A DNA stretch of 62,542 nt, filler included, from Methanobacteriota archaeon (GCA_024860865.1; 9 parts of 9 records of this genome joined end to end with filler, not necessarily neighbours in it); one strand, 5' to 3'; shown: positions 21,040-31,223, counted from the first letter of the whole stretch. Notes: a model not told the origin generated them from the sequence alone. Made by a program: numbers and translations.

Positions 21040-21092
21040 GCCTAACAGAGCGTATCTGACTTCGTGCCTTCGGCACTACGCTCAAATTCCCT
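21040..21092 (+). mobile_element. attC site 3, right half missing
   Basis: GCCTAAC-AGAGCGTATCTG..GTGCC-TTC-GGCAC..CAAAT resembles attC1; no complementary arm or GTTRRRY follows. Confidence 0.65.
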
Positions 21093-21181
21093 AAGACAAT
21101 GGGGTTCTAACAGGGTTCTAACCATGCTAGACTAGTAAACTTTAGAGGATTGAGCACACAGATTGGACAATTAGAAAAGAG

Positions 21182-21358
21182 ATGGGTAAAAACTTCGGTG
21201 AAATGCGAGATAGATATGGGATAATATCCGAAAAATTCACGGACGCTATCGAAACGTTTCAAAAAGAATCTATAAAAACTAGAAAAGAAATGGTAAGGGC
21301 TGTTAACAATTTGTCAAAGTTGGTACAAGAATTCATAAGACGAGCTAGAAGCAAATGA
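21182..21358 (+). pseudogene. Short coiled-coil gene remnant
   Basis: 58-aa frame MGKNFGEMRDRYGIISEKF..; probably the 3' part of a larger gene. Confidence 0.3.
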
Positions 21359-21475
21359 GATGCATAGATAATGAATTAAAAACCTAATTCTTTGTTGCTT
21401 TTTCATTAAAATGGATTTTTGTAAAATATTATATTTTTAATTATTTTTTAAACCTAAAAATTCGGTGATAATTAG

Positions 21476-22543
21476 TTGAAACTCGGGATTGTTTATCACG
21501 AGAATTACCTTAAACATAATTTTGGTCCAAACCACCCTGCATCACCTGAACAATTAGCTCTCACCGTAAAAATTCTCCAAGAAAAACAAATTTGGAACGA
21601 TCCGAGTGTAACAATTTTATCTCCAATTACTGCAACTGAAGAAGATTTAAAAAGCGTCCATGATCCTGCATTTATCTCGCTGATAAAGAAATATAGTGAA
21701 ATCGGCGGTAGCTTAACTGCTGATACTCCAATTCCTGTTGGAAGTTTTGAATTTGCAAAATTAGCGGTGGGCGGAGCAGTAGTTGCTGGTGAGGCTATAG
21801 TAAAAGGCCAAGTTGACTCTTCTTATGCTCTCACACGGCCTGGAGGCCATCATGCTGGTATAACAAGCTCTTCAGGTTTTTGCTATTTTAATGAAGTAGC
21901 AGTGATGGTTGAGAACTTAAAGAAAAAATATCACCTTAAAAAAGCCATGATTGTTGACTACGATGTGCATCACGGCAATGGGACTCAAGAGATTTTTTAT
22001 GAAGATCCAAATGTCCTGTATATTTCAACCCATCAAGATCCAAAAACGCTCTACCCAGGAACTGGATTTATTTGGGAGGTAGGTTCTGGAGCTGGAGAAG
22101 GATTTACAGTAAATATTCCATTGCCACCGAGAACCGGACACCGAGCTTATTTGCATGCTTTTGATAATATCGTTGTTCCAGTTGCTCGCGAATTTAAGCC
22201 TGAGCTAATAATTGGATATGTTGGTGCAGATGCACATTTTTTAGATCCTTTAGCAAATCTTGATTTAAAGCTTGAAACATATACCCAAGTCGCAAAGCGA
22301 ATCATATCTTTAGCAAACGAAATGGAGAGCAGGTTAGTTTTCTTTTTTGCCGGGGGTTATAATATCCAAGTAGTTCCCCAAGTTCATCTAACTACAATTG
22401 CGACTATTCTTAATAAATCAGTTGAACTAAATGAACCAAAAACTCCACCAAAGGAGTTCCCAAGTATTATTCGAAGAGTTGAAAAACTTACTTTGGAAAT
22501 TCGCGAAAATTTGAAACCATATTGGAAATGTTTTAAGATCTAA
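21476..22543 (+). CDS. Histone deacetylase/AcuC family protein
   Basis: RPGGHHA, GFCYFN, DYDVHHGNGTQ, DAHFLDPL. Confidence 0.93.
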   Translation: MKLGIVYHENYLKHNFGPNHPASPEQLALTVKILQEKQIWNDPSVTILSPITATEEDLKSVHDPAFISLIKKYSEIGGSLTADTPIPVGSFEFAKLAVGGAVVAGEAIVKGQVDSSYALTRPGGHHAGITSSSGFCYFNEVAVMVENLKKKYHLKKAMIVDYDVHHGNGTQEIFYEDPNVLYISTHQDPKTLYPGTGFIWEVGSGAGEGFTVNIPLPPRTGHRAYLHAFDNIVVPVAREFKPELIIGYVGADAHFLDPLANLDLKLETYTQVAKRIISLANEMESRLVFFFAGGYNIQVVPQVHLTTIATILNKSVELNEPKTPPKEFPSIIRRVEKLTLEIRENLKPYWKCFKI

Positions 22544-22571
22544 TTCTAAATTGCCAAAATTCCTAAAAACT

Positions 22572-23618
22572 CTATGTTTGAAACCAATCGGAGTGACTTT
22601 CATCCATTAAATACTTATCACTAATAATTCGAACGAGTAATCTAGTATGCTTATTACTGGGAACATCAAGGTGTAATGTTATAGTAGCTTTTGACCCGGT
22701 ATCTAGATTAAATGCATCACTTTCCTTTGGATTGTAAACATAATTTTCCCCAGCATCAAAAGCTGCATACACTTTAACATTATGCGCCGCTGCTGTCCCA
22801 ACATTTTCAACAATGACAGTTAATTCCATGGTATCAATTAGAATGCTGCGCGTTCGAGTTCCAGTCCAAGTGTGAGTAAGCACAGCTTTTGGTAGAAGAT
22901 GATATAATTTTACAGTAGAATCCTTATACTCATCTGGAATTTGCCCAATTTTCCAACCATCACCAGTAGTTTCTAAATAAAAGTACTTTTTTCCATTTTC
23001 CGTATAATAGGCTCCATAGATGCCCTCTCCTCCCAGAATACCTACTGCCATGTGCTTAGGCAATTCAATCAACACAACATCATAATTCATCTTATTGAGG
23101 AGAGCTGCAGTTAGTATTGAAGTATCTTCGCAATCTCCTCCGTGGTCAACAAGAGTTTCTATAGGATACCTTGGATATTCATCGAAACCAGTTGTTACAA
23201 TATCTGGAGTATATTGGAGGCTCTGCACAAAAGCTATTACAAAATTAACCTTTTCGTATTCGTTATATCCTTTTTTTGCAGTAGCCTCATCAAACTGTTT
23301 TATGAGACTCTCTATGTATTGGTCATCAAAAGGATCAGTTATATAAATTGAATAATCTTTAGTAGGTAGCCTAGGTCTATTTTTGTAGTATTCGTATAAC
23401 GATCTAGGTATTTTTAGGTCCCATTTCCATTTTGCGCCGCCATAGCCCATTTCGTAATGCCTAGTTATAGTTTCAGCAGATTTTGGAGGCGGATAAATGG
23501 TAGCCGAATAATTTATGCTTGGTTCTGGCGTCTTAGTACTTATACATCCTGATATCAATATTACAAAAACAATCAGCGTTAATATTGTATTCTTCAATTT
23601 TTGCCTCGATAAATTCAC
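22572..23618 (-). CDS. Lipoprotein with transglutaminase-like Cys-protease domain and Ig-like C-terminus
   Basis: LISGC lipobox, YPIETL..GDCEDTSIL, HMAVG, YLETT. Confidence 0.8.
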   Translation of the reverse strand: MNLSRQKLKNTILTLIVFVILISGCISTKTPEPSINYSATIYPPPKSAETITRHYEMGYGGAKWKWDLKIPRSLYEYYKNRPRLPTKDYSIYITDPFDDQYIESLIKQFDEATAKKGYNEYEKVNFVIAFVQSLQYTPDIVTTGFDEYPRYPIETLVDHGGDCEDTSILTAALLNKMNYDVVLIELPKHMAVGILGGEGIYGAYYTENGKKYFYLETTGDGWKIGQIPDEYKDSTVKLYHLLPKAVLTHTWTGTRTRSILIDTMELTVIVENVGTAAAHNVKVYAAFDAGENYVYNPKESDAFNLDTGSKATITLHLDVPSNKHTRLLVRIISDKYLMDESHSDWFQT

Positions 23619-23807
23619 TTTTTAGGTGCTTCTCTATCTGGACTAGAATATTAGTTCAAAATAAATCCACAATTAATTAATGCCTATACCTCTCCTTTAC
23701 CACCATTTAGGGGGCCATATCAGATATAATTTGACTTCAAATAATCCACATGAAATTTAATATAACCTTCCTCAATAATTTAGTCAGAGATTATAAGGGG
23801 AAAACTT

Positions 23808-25070
23808 ATGAAAGCCCATATCAACCTAGTATTTATAGGTCATGTGGATCATGGTAAGTCAACATTGATTGGTAGAATGCTCTTCGATGCTGGAATGATT
23901 TCTGAAAAAGATCTCCTTAAGCTTAAAGAATATGCAAAAGCAATTGGAAAGGAAACCTTTGAGTTTGCATTTATTATGGATAAGTCGCGTGAAGAACGAG
24001 AGCGCGGTTTAACAATTGATATAGCATATAAAGAGCTTTCAACGCCAAAAAATGACATAACAATAATCGATGCCCCTGGTCATCGTGACTTCGTTAAAAA
24101 TATGATCACTGGTGCTTCACAAGCTGATGCAACTGTTTTAGTTGTAGCTGCAGATGATGGAGTTATGCCTCAAACAAGAGAACATGCTTTTCTTGCAAAA
24201 ACACTTGGCATCCGTCAAATTATTGTTGCGATCAATAAAATGGATTTGGCTAACTATAACCAAAGCAGATACGATATGATAAAAGCTGATGTTGAGAAAT
24301 TATTGCTCTCAATTGGCTATAAGCTAGAGGAAATTACTTTCACTCCAATTTCAGCGTTTCACGGAGACAATGTCGTTAAAAGAAGTTCAAAAATGGGTTG
24401 GTATGATGGATTAACTGTTTTCGAAGCTCTTGATCAACTTAAGCCACCTCTAACAAAGCCAGTTGATAAACCTCTGAGAATTCCAATTCAAAACATATTT
24501 TCCATTAAAGGTGTCGGTGCTGTTCCAATCGGCAGAGTTGAAACTGGAATTTTGAAAGTTGAGCAAGAAGTGATTTTTGAACCAGCCCATGTGAAAGCTG
24601 AAGTAAAAAGTATTGAAATGCACCATAAAAAATTGGATAAAGCTGAACCCGGCGATAACATCGGTTTTAATGTGCGCGGCATCAGCTCAACTGACGTTCA
24701 AAGAGGGGATGTTTGTGGGCCAATCGATAACCCCCCACTTGTGGCTAAAGAATTTGTTGGGCGTATAATTATACTTGAGCATCCCACTTCAATTTCTTTA
24801 GGGTATACCCCTGTACTGCACTGCCACACTGCAACGGTTCCATGCGTTTTCACAGAGCTAATTCAAAAACTCGATCCAAGAACTGGTGCTGTTATTGAAG
24901 AAAAGCCAAAGATGTTAAAGAAAGGGGATGCTGCTGTGGTTAGATTAGTGCCAACTAAACCTCTAGTAATCGAGAAAGTTAGCGATTTCCCGCCATTAGG
25001 AAGATTTGCTCTAAGGCATGGCGGTCAAACAGTAGCAGTTGGCATGTGCATTGAGGTAGTCTCTCGATAA
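23808..25070 (+). CDS. tuf: Translation elongation factor EF-1alpha (possibly a paralog)
   Basis: GHVDHGKST, RERGLTID, DAPGHRDFVKNMITG, NKMD, domains II and III. Confidence 0.9.
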   Translation: MKAHINLVFIGHVDHGKSTLIGRMLFDAGMISEKDLLKLKEYAKAIGKETFEFAFIMDKSREERERGLTIDIAYKELSTPKNDITIIDAPGHRDFVKNMITGASQADATVLVVAADDGVMPQTREHAFLAKTLGIRQIIVAINKMDLANYNQSRYDMIKADVEKLLLSIGYKLEEITFTPISAFHGDNVVKRSSKMGWYDGLTVFEALDQLKPPLTKPVDKPLRIPIQNIFSIKGVGAVPIGRVETGILKVEQEVIFEPAHVKAEVKSIEMHHKKLDKAEPGDNIGFNVRGISSTDVQRGDVCGPIDNPPLVAKEFVGRIIILEHPTSISLGYTPVLHCHTATVPCVFTELIQKLDPRTGAVIEEKPKMLKKGDAAVVRLVPTKPLVIEKVSDFPPLGRFALRHGGQTVAVGMCIEVVSR

Positions 25071-25328
25071 AATTAACAAATTCATAGTATAAGGATAAAA
25101 CGAGAAAAACTTATAAGAAACAAATTCTATGAAAAGGCATTTGCTTCTAAATATTATGCTCATGAAATGAAGATTAAATTTGAATCGGGTGTTACCTTGC
25201 CCAATGATTCACAACCCAAGAGAGGAACNNNNNNNNNNNNNNNNNNNNNNNNNNNNNNNNNNNNNNNNNNNNTTAATTAATTAANNNNNNNNNNNNNNNN
25301 NNNNNNNNNNNNNNNNNNNNNNNNNNNN

Positions 25329-25879
25329 GTAAAATTAAAATTGACTTTTGTCAGCCCAACAGGAGTTTGGCTAGTTATATTCCTTATTCCTGCCATCTGT
25401 TCAGCTCTAGCTGAAACAACCAATCTGTGCACTAAAACAACATTTGAAGCATTATTTGGGGGAGCAGGGTTTGTAGAATTTCTACTCCACGTCACAGTTT
25501 CATTTAAGTCCTTAAGAACAAACCTAAAATTAGTGAGTCCAATAGTACTCATAGTTGTTTTATTTATTTTAGCAATTTTTAGTACATCCAAATAATGATC
25601 ATAAGTTTCATTTGTAGTTAAATTATATCGGGCCAGACCAATCACCTGTAAATTCCCTGTCCTATCCCAATCAGGTGGAACTCCGGGCGTTTTTATTAAA
25701 ATATCAGCTGCATCTGAAGCTCTTCGATCTAAACTAAATTCAGAGGCAAATAATCCCATTCGATAACCCATCTCATCTATCGCCAATGCAGAGTAACCAA
25801 TTGCAAGTGTGATCGGGATCAATGCTAGCAAAAGGTCCAGAGTAATTATCTGCCCCTTTGAGTTTTTGATTATTTTCAA
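25329..25879 (-). CDS. Class III signal peptide pilin-like protein (partial)
   Basis: KGQIITLDLLLAL N-terminus, TPG.P.DW motif. Confidence 0.75.
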
Positions 25880-25890
25880 ACATACACCTG

Positions 25891-26331
25891 CTAAGAGATT
25901 TTAGAAGTGTAAATCTTAATAACAGGATTTGATAGTGGGCCTTCATTCTTAAATGTCGCATTGTTTCCAAGACTTGTAGGCACAACCACTACATTTTTTG
26001 GAATGAAAGAAATATTTGCAGTAATATAAGAGGTTCCAGTATAACTCGTTAAAATTTTTACCCGGAGTTTCTGACTACTGATATTAATAATATAGTTAGT
26101 GCCAAGATTATCGGGTAGTGTTGTGTTAATCTGAAATCCTGGACCGTTCGCATAAACAGTATCTATTAATGTTGCAACTTTCTCTCCAACCATTTTAGCC
26201 TCACCAGCTAATCCAAGGTCACTCGCGGAGCTCATCCTCTCCGAAATTAATTGAGCAAAAGTAGCAATTAAAGCAAATAAAATTGCAAAAGCTAATAAAG
26301 CCTCGAGTGAGATTGAACCGCTTTTATTCAT
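25891..26331 (-). CDS. Class III signal peptide minor pilin
   Basis: KSG/SISLE plus hydrophobic helix. Confidence 0.75.
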   Translation of the reverse strand: MNKSGSISLEALLAFAILFALIATFAQLISERMSSASDLGLAGEAKMVGEKVATLIDTVYANGPGFQINTTLPDNLGTNYIINISSQKLRVKILTSYTGTSYITANISFIPKNVVVVPTSLGNNATFKNEGPLSNPVIKIYTSKIS

Positions 26332-27565
26332 GAATCCTGCCCCAAAGGTCTTTTAGAGAAGATTTGCCAATTATTTTAATTAGGCTCGGTGCTCTTTTTA
26401 AGAGTTCTTTTGTGAGAGCAAAGGGTTTGTCCATATCTCCCTTCTCTACGATTAGATTCGCTAAATCATCCTTTGAAAAAAATTCGAAAAGTGAATCTAA
26501 CTGGCTATCACTCAATTTGTTTGCAAGTTTCCTAATCCAATATCCTATCTCAAGTTCTTTGCCAATTGATTGCCGCCACTGATTTTCATATTGACTCAAT
26601 ATTTTAGCTGAAAAATCATTTGCTTTAACTGCTTTAGCTGCAACTTCTGCAGCAATCCTTGCACATAGTCCACCGGTAACAATGCCTCCTCCAGTTGTAG
26701 CTTTAGTGTTTCCCGCAGCATCTCCAACTACCATAATATTATCCGTTACCGTTTTCGGGATAGGACCGCAAATTGGAATTAGCCCGCTATTTATCTCAAC
26801 CATTTGTGCATTTTTCAATTTTTTAGAAGCAATAGGATGTTTCTCCATGAAATTTTTTAAATAAATATAAGCAGAAATATTTCGATCATTTATTGCTAAA
26901 CCAACCTGAGCTAAATTTTCTCCCTTTGGGATTATCCAAGCAAAAAACCCTGGTGCAACTTTAATCCCAAAGTAAAGCTCTACAAAATTAGGGTCAACTT
27001 CTATATTTGAAACATCGTATTCTAATCCAACCAAAACTTCCTCAAAATCAATTTGTTTCAATCCGGCCAATTTAGCAATATTTGACCTAACTCCATCTGC
27101 CCCGATTAGTAATTTGCTTTGAAATCGTATTGGCTCTCCATAAGAGTGGGTTAAAACATTCAATATCCCATTATTTCGCGAAAAAGAGCGAGCCCTGGTT
27201 TTTACTAAAATTTTTGCACCTGCAGAAGCTGCACGCTTAGCTAAGTCTTTGTCAAAAACTTTTCTTTCAACTACAAATGCCTTAGTTTGGTGAGCATCAA
27301 TTTCAAAATAATTACCATTTGGCGAATAAAAGTGAGCGCCTTGAACTCGATTCAAAACAAAGTTCGAATTAAGTTTAACATTCAATTCTTCTAAACCATT
27401 CTTGCTGATTAATCCAGCTCCTTGAACTGGTTCTCCTATTTCTTGGTGATCTTCAAGGAGTAAAACAGAAAGATCTTTACCAGCTGCTGTCTCAGCAGCA
27501 AGACATCCTACCGGACCTGCTCCAACAACAACTAAGTCCCAAAGTATATCTCTCATTTGATTCAC
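26324..27565 (-). CDS. Geranylgeranyl reductase family flavoprotein
   Basis: GAGPVG, GADG, APGFFAWIIP, VGDAAG..TGGGI. Confidence 0.9.
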   Translation of the reverse strand: MNQMRDILWDLVVVGAGPVGCLAAETAAGKDLSVLLLEDHQEIGEPVQGAGLISKNGLEELNVKLNSNFVLNRVQGAHFYSPNGNYFEIDAHQTKAFVVERKVFDKDLAKRAASAGAKILVKTRARSFSRNNGILNVLTHSYGEPIRFQSKLLIGADGVRSNIAKLAGLKQIDFEEVLVGLEYDVSNIEVDPNFVELYFGIKVAPGFFAWIIPKGENLAQVGLAINDRNISAYIYLKNFMEKHPIASKKLKNAQMVEINSGLIPICGPIPKTVTDNIMVVGDAAGNTKATTGGGIVTGGLCARIAAEVAAKAVKANDFSAKILSQYENQWRQSIGKELEIGYWIRKLANKLSDSQLDSLFEFFSKDDLANLIVEKGDMDKPFALTKELLKRAPSLIKIIGKSSLKDLWGRIHE

Positions 27566-27703
27566 ACGTGTTACGTATATTTTTAAAAATACTAGAAAAT
27601 TTTGTTTTCAGTTTGAATCGAAAATACAAAAGAAAAAAATTTAAAACTACGAGTAAGCTTTCAAAGATAAATTAGAATAACCTTCACAAGAACATCTAAG
27701 TGA

Positions 27704-28000
27704 TTAGATTATCGAACAACCTTTGCAATTTTTGAACGGAAGTATTACTTGGTGAGCTGGACAATAAATCGCTTGATCTTCCTCAAATCCACTTGGACGC
27801 CTAATCTTGCAAGCCAAGTAGTTAGCTCCTGCTGTGGTAATGGCTGCCATATTGTCCATTGGTGAAGGGCTAGCCTCGAGTAGACCTCTAGCTGCTGCTC
27901 GCATAGCATCACTTCGGTTCATGAAAACACCTTTGTCTATCATATCGTCAATTCTATCCACAATAGCCTTAGGTAAGCGGACCGTAACAATAATTTCCAT
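27704..28000 (-). CDS. Ribbon-helix-helix (CopG) regulator with Cys-rich tail
   Basis: VTVRLP..ID..G.F.NRSDA.R; C-terminal CPAH..CKGC. Confidence 0.75.
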   Translation of the reverse strand: MEIIVTVRLPKAIVDRIDDMIDKGVFMNRSDAMRAAARGLLEASPSPMDNMAAITTAGANYLACKIRRPSGFEEDQAIYCPAHQVILPFKNCKGCSII

Positions 28001-28227
28001 GCAAACGCCTCAATTACAATAGTATACTACCGTCAATTTATACATAACGCTGAATAGTGTTTTTAAACTCAAACATTGTAGAAAAAATTATAAAATTAAT
28101 TTAACTCTTGAAAAATGCCAATATTTTGACCAATTGGATGCCTTTTTGGCCTATTTGAAAGACAGCAGAGCAACTTTTTTCCCGTTATAGCATACTATTT
28201 CTAAGTAAACAGGAGATTACTGAGTTT

Positions 28228-28581
28228 ATGGAATTTAAACAAGCGATAATAGTTAGAGAAGACCTTAAGATAAGCGTTGGAAAATTAGCAGCCCAGGTAG
28301 GCCATGCTGCTGTTTCAGCCGCAGAAAAAACGAGGAGAGAGAAGCCGGTATGGTTTAAAGCTTGGATGAAAGAAGGGCAGCGGAAAGTTGTTCTAAAAGC
28401 AAAAGATGAAAATGAGCTAAAAGAAATTATGGCAAAGGCCTTAAAACTCGGGCTACCATATGAGCTAATAGTAGATCGCGGCTTGACAGAGCTCCCTCCG
28501 AATGCTGTTACAAGTCTTGGTATAGGGCCGACGCCCGAAGAGCTTGTGAACAAAGTAACTGGCTATCTCCCATTGCTTTAA
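28228..28581 (+). CDS. pth2: Peptidyl-tRNA hydrolase Pth2
   Basis: KQAIIVREDL, GKLAAQVGHAA, GQRKVVLK, D.GLTE, GIGP. Confidence 0.95.
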   Translation: MEFKQAIIVREDLKISVGKLAAQVGHAAVSAAEKTRREKPVWFKAWMKEGQRKVVLKAKDENELKEIMAKALKLGLPYELIVDRGLTELPPNAVTSLGIGPTPEELVNKVTGYLPLL

Positions 28582-28630
28582 TGATAAGAATGAGTGCTCC
28601 TTTAGAAGTTCAACTCGGGCTAGAAGTTTT
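28498..28630 (+). repeat. 133-bp exact direct repeat, copy 1 (pth2 3' end plus truD 5' end)
   Basis: Identical to 29761-29893. Confidence 0.93.
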
Positions 28631-28696
28631 CTTGATAAAAAGTATGTTTTGAAATATTTTCAATTTCTCGCTAATAGAACCAGTAGTTATTTAAAA

Positions 28697-28830
28697 TCAG
28701 GCTACGAACTTCTTCACCCTTATTTCGTGCGTAAAGCTCAGCGATGTGTTTTCTTTTATACTCAGCCCTTTTGCTATCTCTTTAGGTATTCTCAAAACTT
28801 TAGAATTTCCCACTTTGTTATAAGAAACAT
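28697..28830 (-). pseudogene. AbrB/MazE-type DNA-binding protein with a 1-nt frameshift
   Basis: MFLIT/KVGNSKVLRIPKEIAKGLSIKE; 134 nt, one base short in an A run. Confidence 0.6.
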
Positions 28831-28859
28831 TTTATTTAATAGTTAAGATATTTTATACC

Positions 28860-29249
28860 ATGCCAAATGAAATTTTAAAAAATCAAATAATACACAAAAT
28901 TAAGAATTTCTTATATAATCGAGATGAAATTACTTTCGCTTACCTATTCGGTTCTATTTCAGAGAACAATAAATTCAACGATGTAGACTTAGCAATTTAT
29001 GCTAACAAGGAAGTAGACAAATGGTATGATATCAAGCTCTCTCGAGAGTTGGAGAAGGAGATTAAATTCCCAGTGGATATAGTATTTCTAAACAAAGCTT
29101 CTGATTCCCTGACATACCGTGCTTCTAAGGGCATACTTATTAAAAACACTGATGATGATTTTAGGGTTAATTTTATTACAAAAGTATGGAAGAAGTATTT
29201 TGATTTTAGACCAAAACTTTATGAATTTGCTAAAGAGGCTACAACATGA
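28860..29249 (+). CDS. MNT nucleotidyltransferase antitoxin
   Basis: YLFGS..NDVDLAI..VDIV. Confidence 0.9.
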   Translation: MPNEILKNQIIHKIKNFLYNRDEITFAYLFGSISENNKFNDVDLAIYANKEVDKWYDIKLSRELEKEIKFPVDIVFLNKASDSLTYRASKGILIKNTDDDFRVNFITKVWKKYFDFRPKLYEFAKEATT

Positions 29250-29668
29250 GAGTTAACAAAGATAAACTAGCCTCGATAACTGGAGAAGTGAAGAAAGCGC
29301 TTGGAGTTTTAAAGGAATACCAGGTAGAAGATGAAGAAACTCTCATACAAGATTTAAAAGCCTTAGGGGCAATAAAATATTACTTTATTCTAGCAATTGA
29401 AGCGTGCGTTGATATTTGCAATCATATTATAGCCAAGGAATATTCTGAAGCGCCTGAGAGTTATGCTGATTGTTTTAGAATTCTTAGAGAAAAAGGGATT
29501 ATTTCAAATGAGCTCGCTGAGAATTTAATGAATATGGCTAAGTTTAGAAATTTACTCGTTCATCTTTACTCTAAAGTAGATAATAAGAGACTATTTAGTA
29601 TATTGAAGGAAAATCTATCTGATATTGAAAAATATCTCGCTGAAATAAACCAGAAATATCTTAAATAA
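29246..29668 (+). CDS. HEPN (DUF86) RNase toxin
   Basis: FRNLLVHLY (RX4HXY); overlaps MNT by ATGA. Confidence 0.92.
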   Translation: MRVNKDKLASITGEVKKALGVLKEYQVEDEETLIQDLKALGAIKYYFILAIEACVDICNHIIAKEYSEAPESYADCFRILREKGIISNELAENLMNMAKFRNLLVHLYSKVDNKRLFSILKENLSDIEKYLAEINQKYLK

Positions 29669-29760
29669 ACTGATTCATGGTTTTCATTACATGGGCTTCT
29701 AATCAAACAGCAAAAGATGAAAAATGAACTAAAAAGAGATAGTAGTTGATATAAATTCAC

Positions 29761-29893
29761 CCGAATGCTGTTACAAGTCTTGGTATAGGGCCGACGCCCG
29801 AAGAGCTTGTGAACAAAGTAACTGGCTATCTCCCATTGCTTTAATGATAAGAATGAGTGCTCCTTTAGAAGTTCAACTCGGGCTAGAAGTTTT
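29761..29893 (+). repeat. 133-bp exact direct repeat, copy 2
   Basis: Identical to 28498-28630; preceded by a decayed pth2-like stretch at about 29695-29745. Confidence 0.93.
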
Positions 29894-31223
29894 TTCAACA
29901 AAAACTCCTGGAGTAAATGGAGTTATTAAACAATTAGTTGAAGATTTTATTGTAGAAGAAATAACGCCCGAAGGAATTATTTTAAAGTCAAAAATTTGGA
30001 ATGAACCTGAACCAACTTTTTCAGAAGTTGTTGGAGATCAAATTCATTTTACACTAGAAAAGTTCGATTGGGATACACTAAGAGCTATCCAATTTTTAGC
30101 AAAGAAATTGTATGTTAGCAAGAAACGCTTTGGCTTTGCTGGAACAAAGGATAAACGAGCAATTTCTGTTCAACAGATTAGTACTTGGAATATTGACCTG
30201 GAAAGATTGGAACAACTTTCAATTAAAGGACTAGAAATTCGTAATATCAGAAAATCAGATAAGCGAATTCAACTTGGCGATTTACAGGGGAACAGATTTA
30301 CAATAACAATCAGAAACATCGATCTATCTTGTGAAGAAACTAAGACGTATCTTGAGAAAATAACTGAAGAAATTGCAAAGAACAATGGAGTTCCAAATTT
30401 TTTTGGTGTGCAAAGATTTGGAACAAGGCGACCAGTGACCCATTTAGTTGGTTACCAGTTAATAAAGGGGAATATCAAAGAGGCGGTTTTGGTTTACTTA
30501 TCAAAATGGTTCCCAACTGAAGGCAAAGAGTCAATCGAAGCTCGAAAATTTCTAGAAGAAAATCCTAGTGAATTTAAGGTTGCTCTAGAAAAATTTCCTT
30601 CTCGATTAAAGTATGAGCGAACTTTGCTCGCGCACCTTTCAGAAAAACCAAATGATTTTTGTGGGGCCTTAAGAAAGTTGCCAAGAAGTTTGCTCAAAAT
30701 GTTTGTGCATGCATACCAATCATATTTATTTAATCGGATTTTAAGCAAAAGAATTAGAAGGCAAATATCACCGTGTGAAGCGCAGATTGGTGATGTAATT
30801 TGTACGGTTAGTCCAAACGGACTTCCAGATCGCAAAACTTTGACTGAAGTTACAGGATCAAATTTAGAAGAAGTTAATAACCTTGTTAAAAGCAATCAAG
30901 CCTTAATAACAGCGCCACTAATTGGATATTTTGTTCCACTCTCTAAAGGTGAACTTGGTCAAATTGAAAGAAAAATTCTTGATGATGAAAAAATCCAACC
31001 TAAAGATTTTCAAATTAAATCATTGCCAGAGGCAAGTTCAAAGGGCGAGCGAAGAGAGATTTTGCTCCGAGTTAGAGATCTAAAAATTTTAAAAGTCGAT
31101 GAAGATGATAAAAATTCAGGCAAAGCAAAAGCAGTTATACAGTTTATTTTGCCAAAGGGATGCTATGCAACAACTGTTTTGCGGGAGTATCTTAAAGCTC
31201 AAAACTTAATCCAGTATGGTTAA
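29844..31223 (+). CDS. truD: tRNA pseudouridine(13) synthase
   Basis: EDFIVEE, AGTKDKRA, GNRFTI, PNFFGVQRFG, HAYQSYLFN, LPKGCYAT. Confidence 0.96.
   Translation: MIRMSAPLEVQLGLEVFSTKTPGVNGVIKQLVEDFIVEEITPEGIILKSKIWNEPEPTFSEVVGDQIHFTLEKFDWDTLRAIQFLAKKLYVSKKRFGFAGTKDKRAISVQQISTWNIDLERLEQLSIKGLEIRNIRKSDKRIQLGDLQGNRFTITIRNIDLSCEETKTYLEKITEEIAKNNGVPNFFGVQRFGTRRPVTHLVGYQLIKGNIKEAVLVYLSKWFPTEGKESIEARKFLEENPSEFKVALEKFPSRLKYERTLLAHLSEKPNDFCGALRKLPRSLLKMFVHAYQSYLFNRILSKRIRRQISPCEAQIGDVICTVSPNGLPDRKTLTEVTGSNLEEVNNLVKSNQALITAPLIGYFVPLSKGELGQIERKILDDEKIQPKDFQIKSLPEASSKGERREILLRVRDLKILKVDEDDKNSGKAKAVIQFILPKGCYATTVLREYLKAQNLIQYG

Noticed and set aside
19808-21092. Palindromes as a CRISPR array or terminators
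   Set aside because: Non-identical, gene-length spacing, RYYYAAC/GTTRRRY ends; fits attC. No CRISPR array seen in the window
23808-25070. EF-1alpha as SelB
   Set aside because: Too close to canonical EF-1alpha and lacks the SelB C-terminal domain
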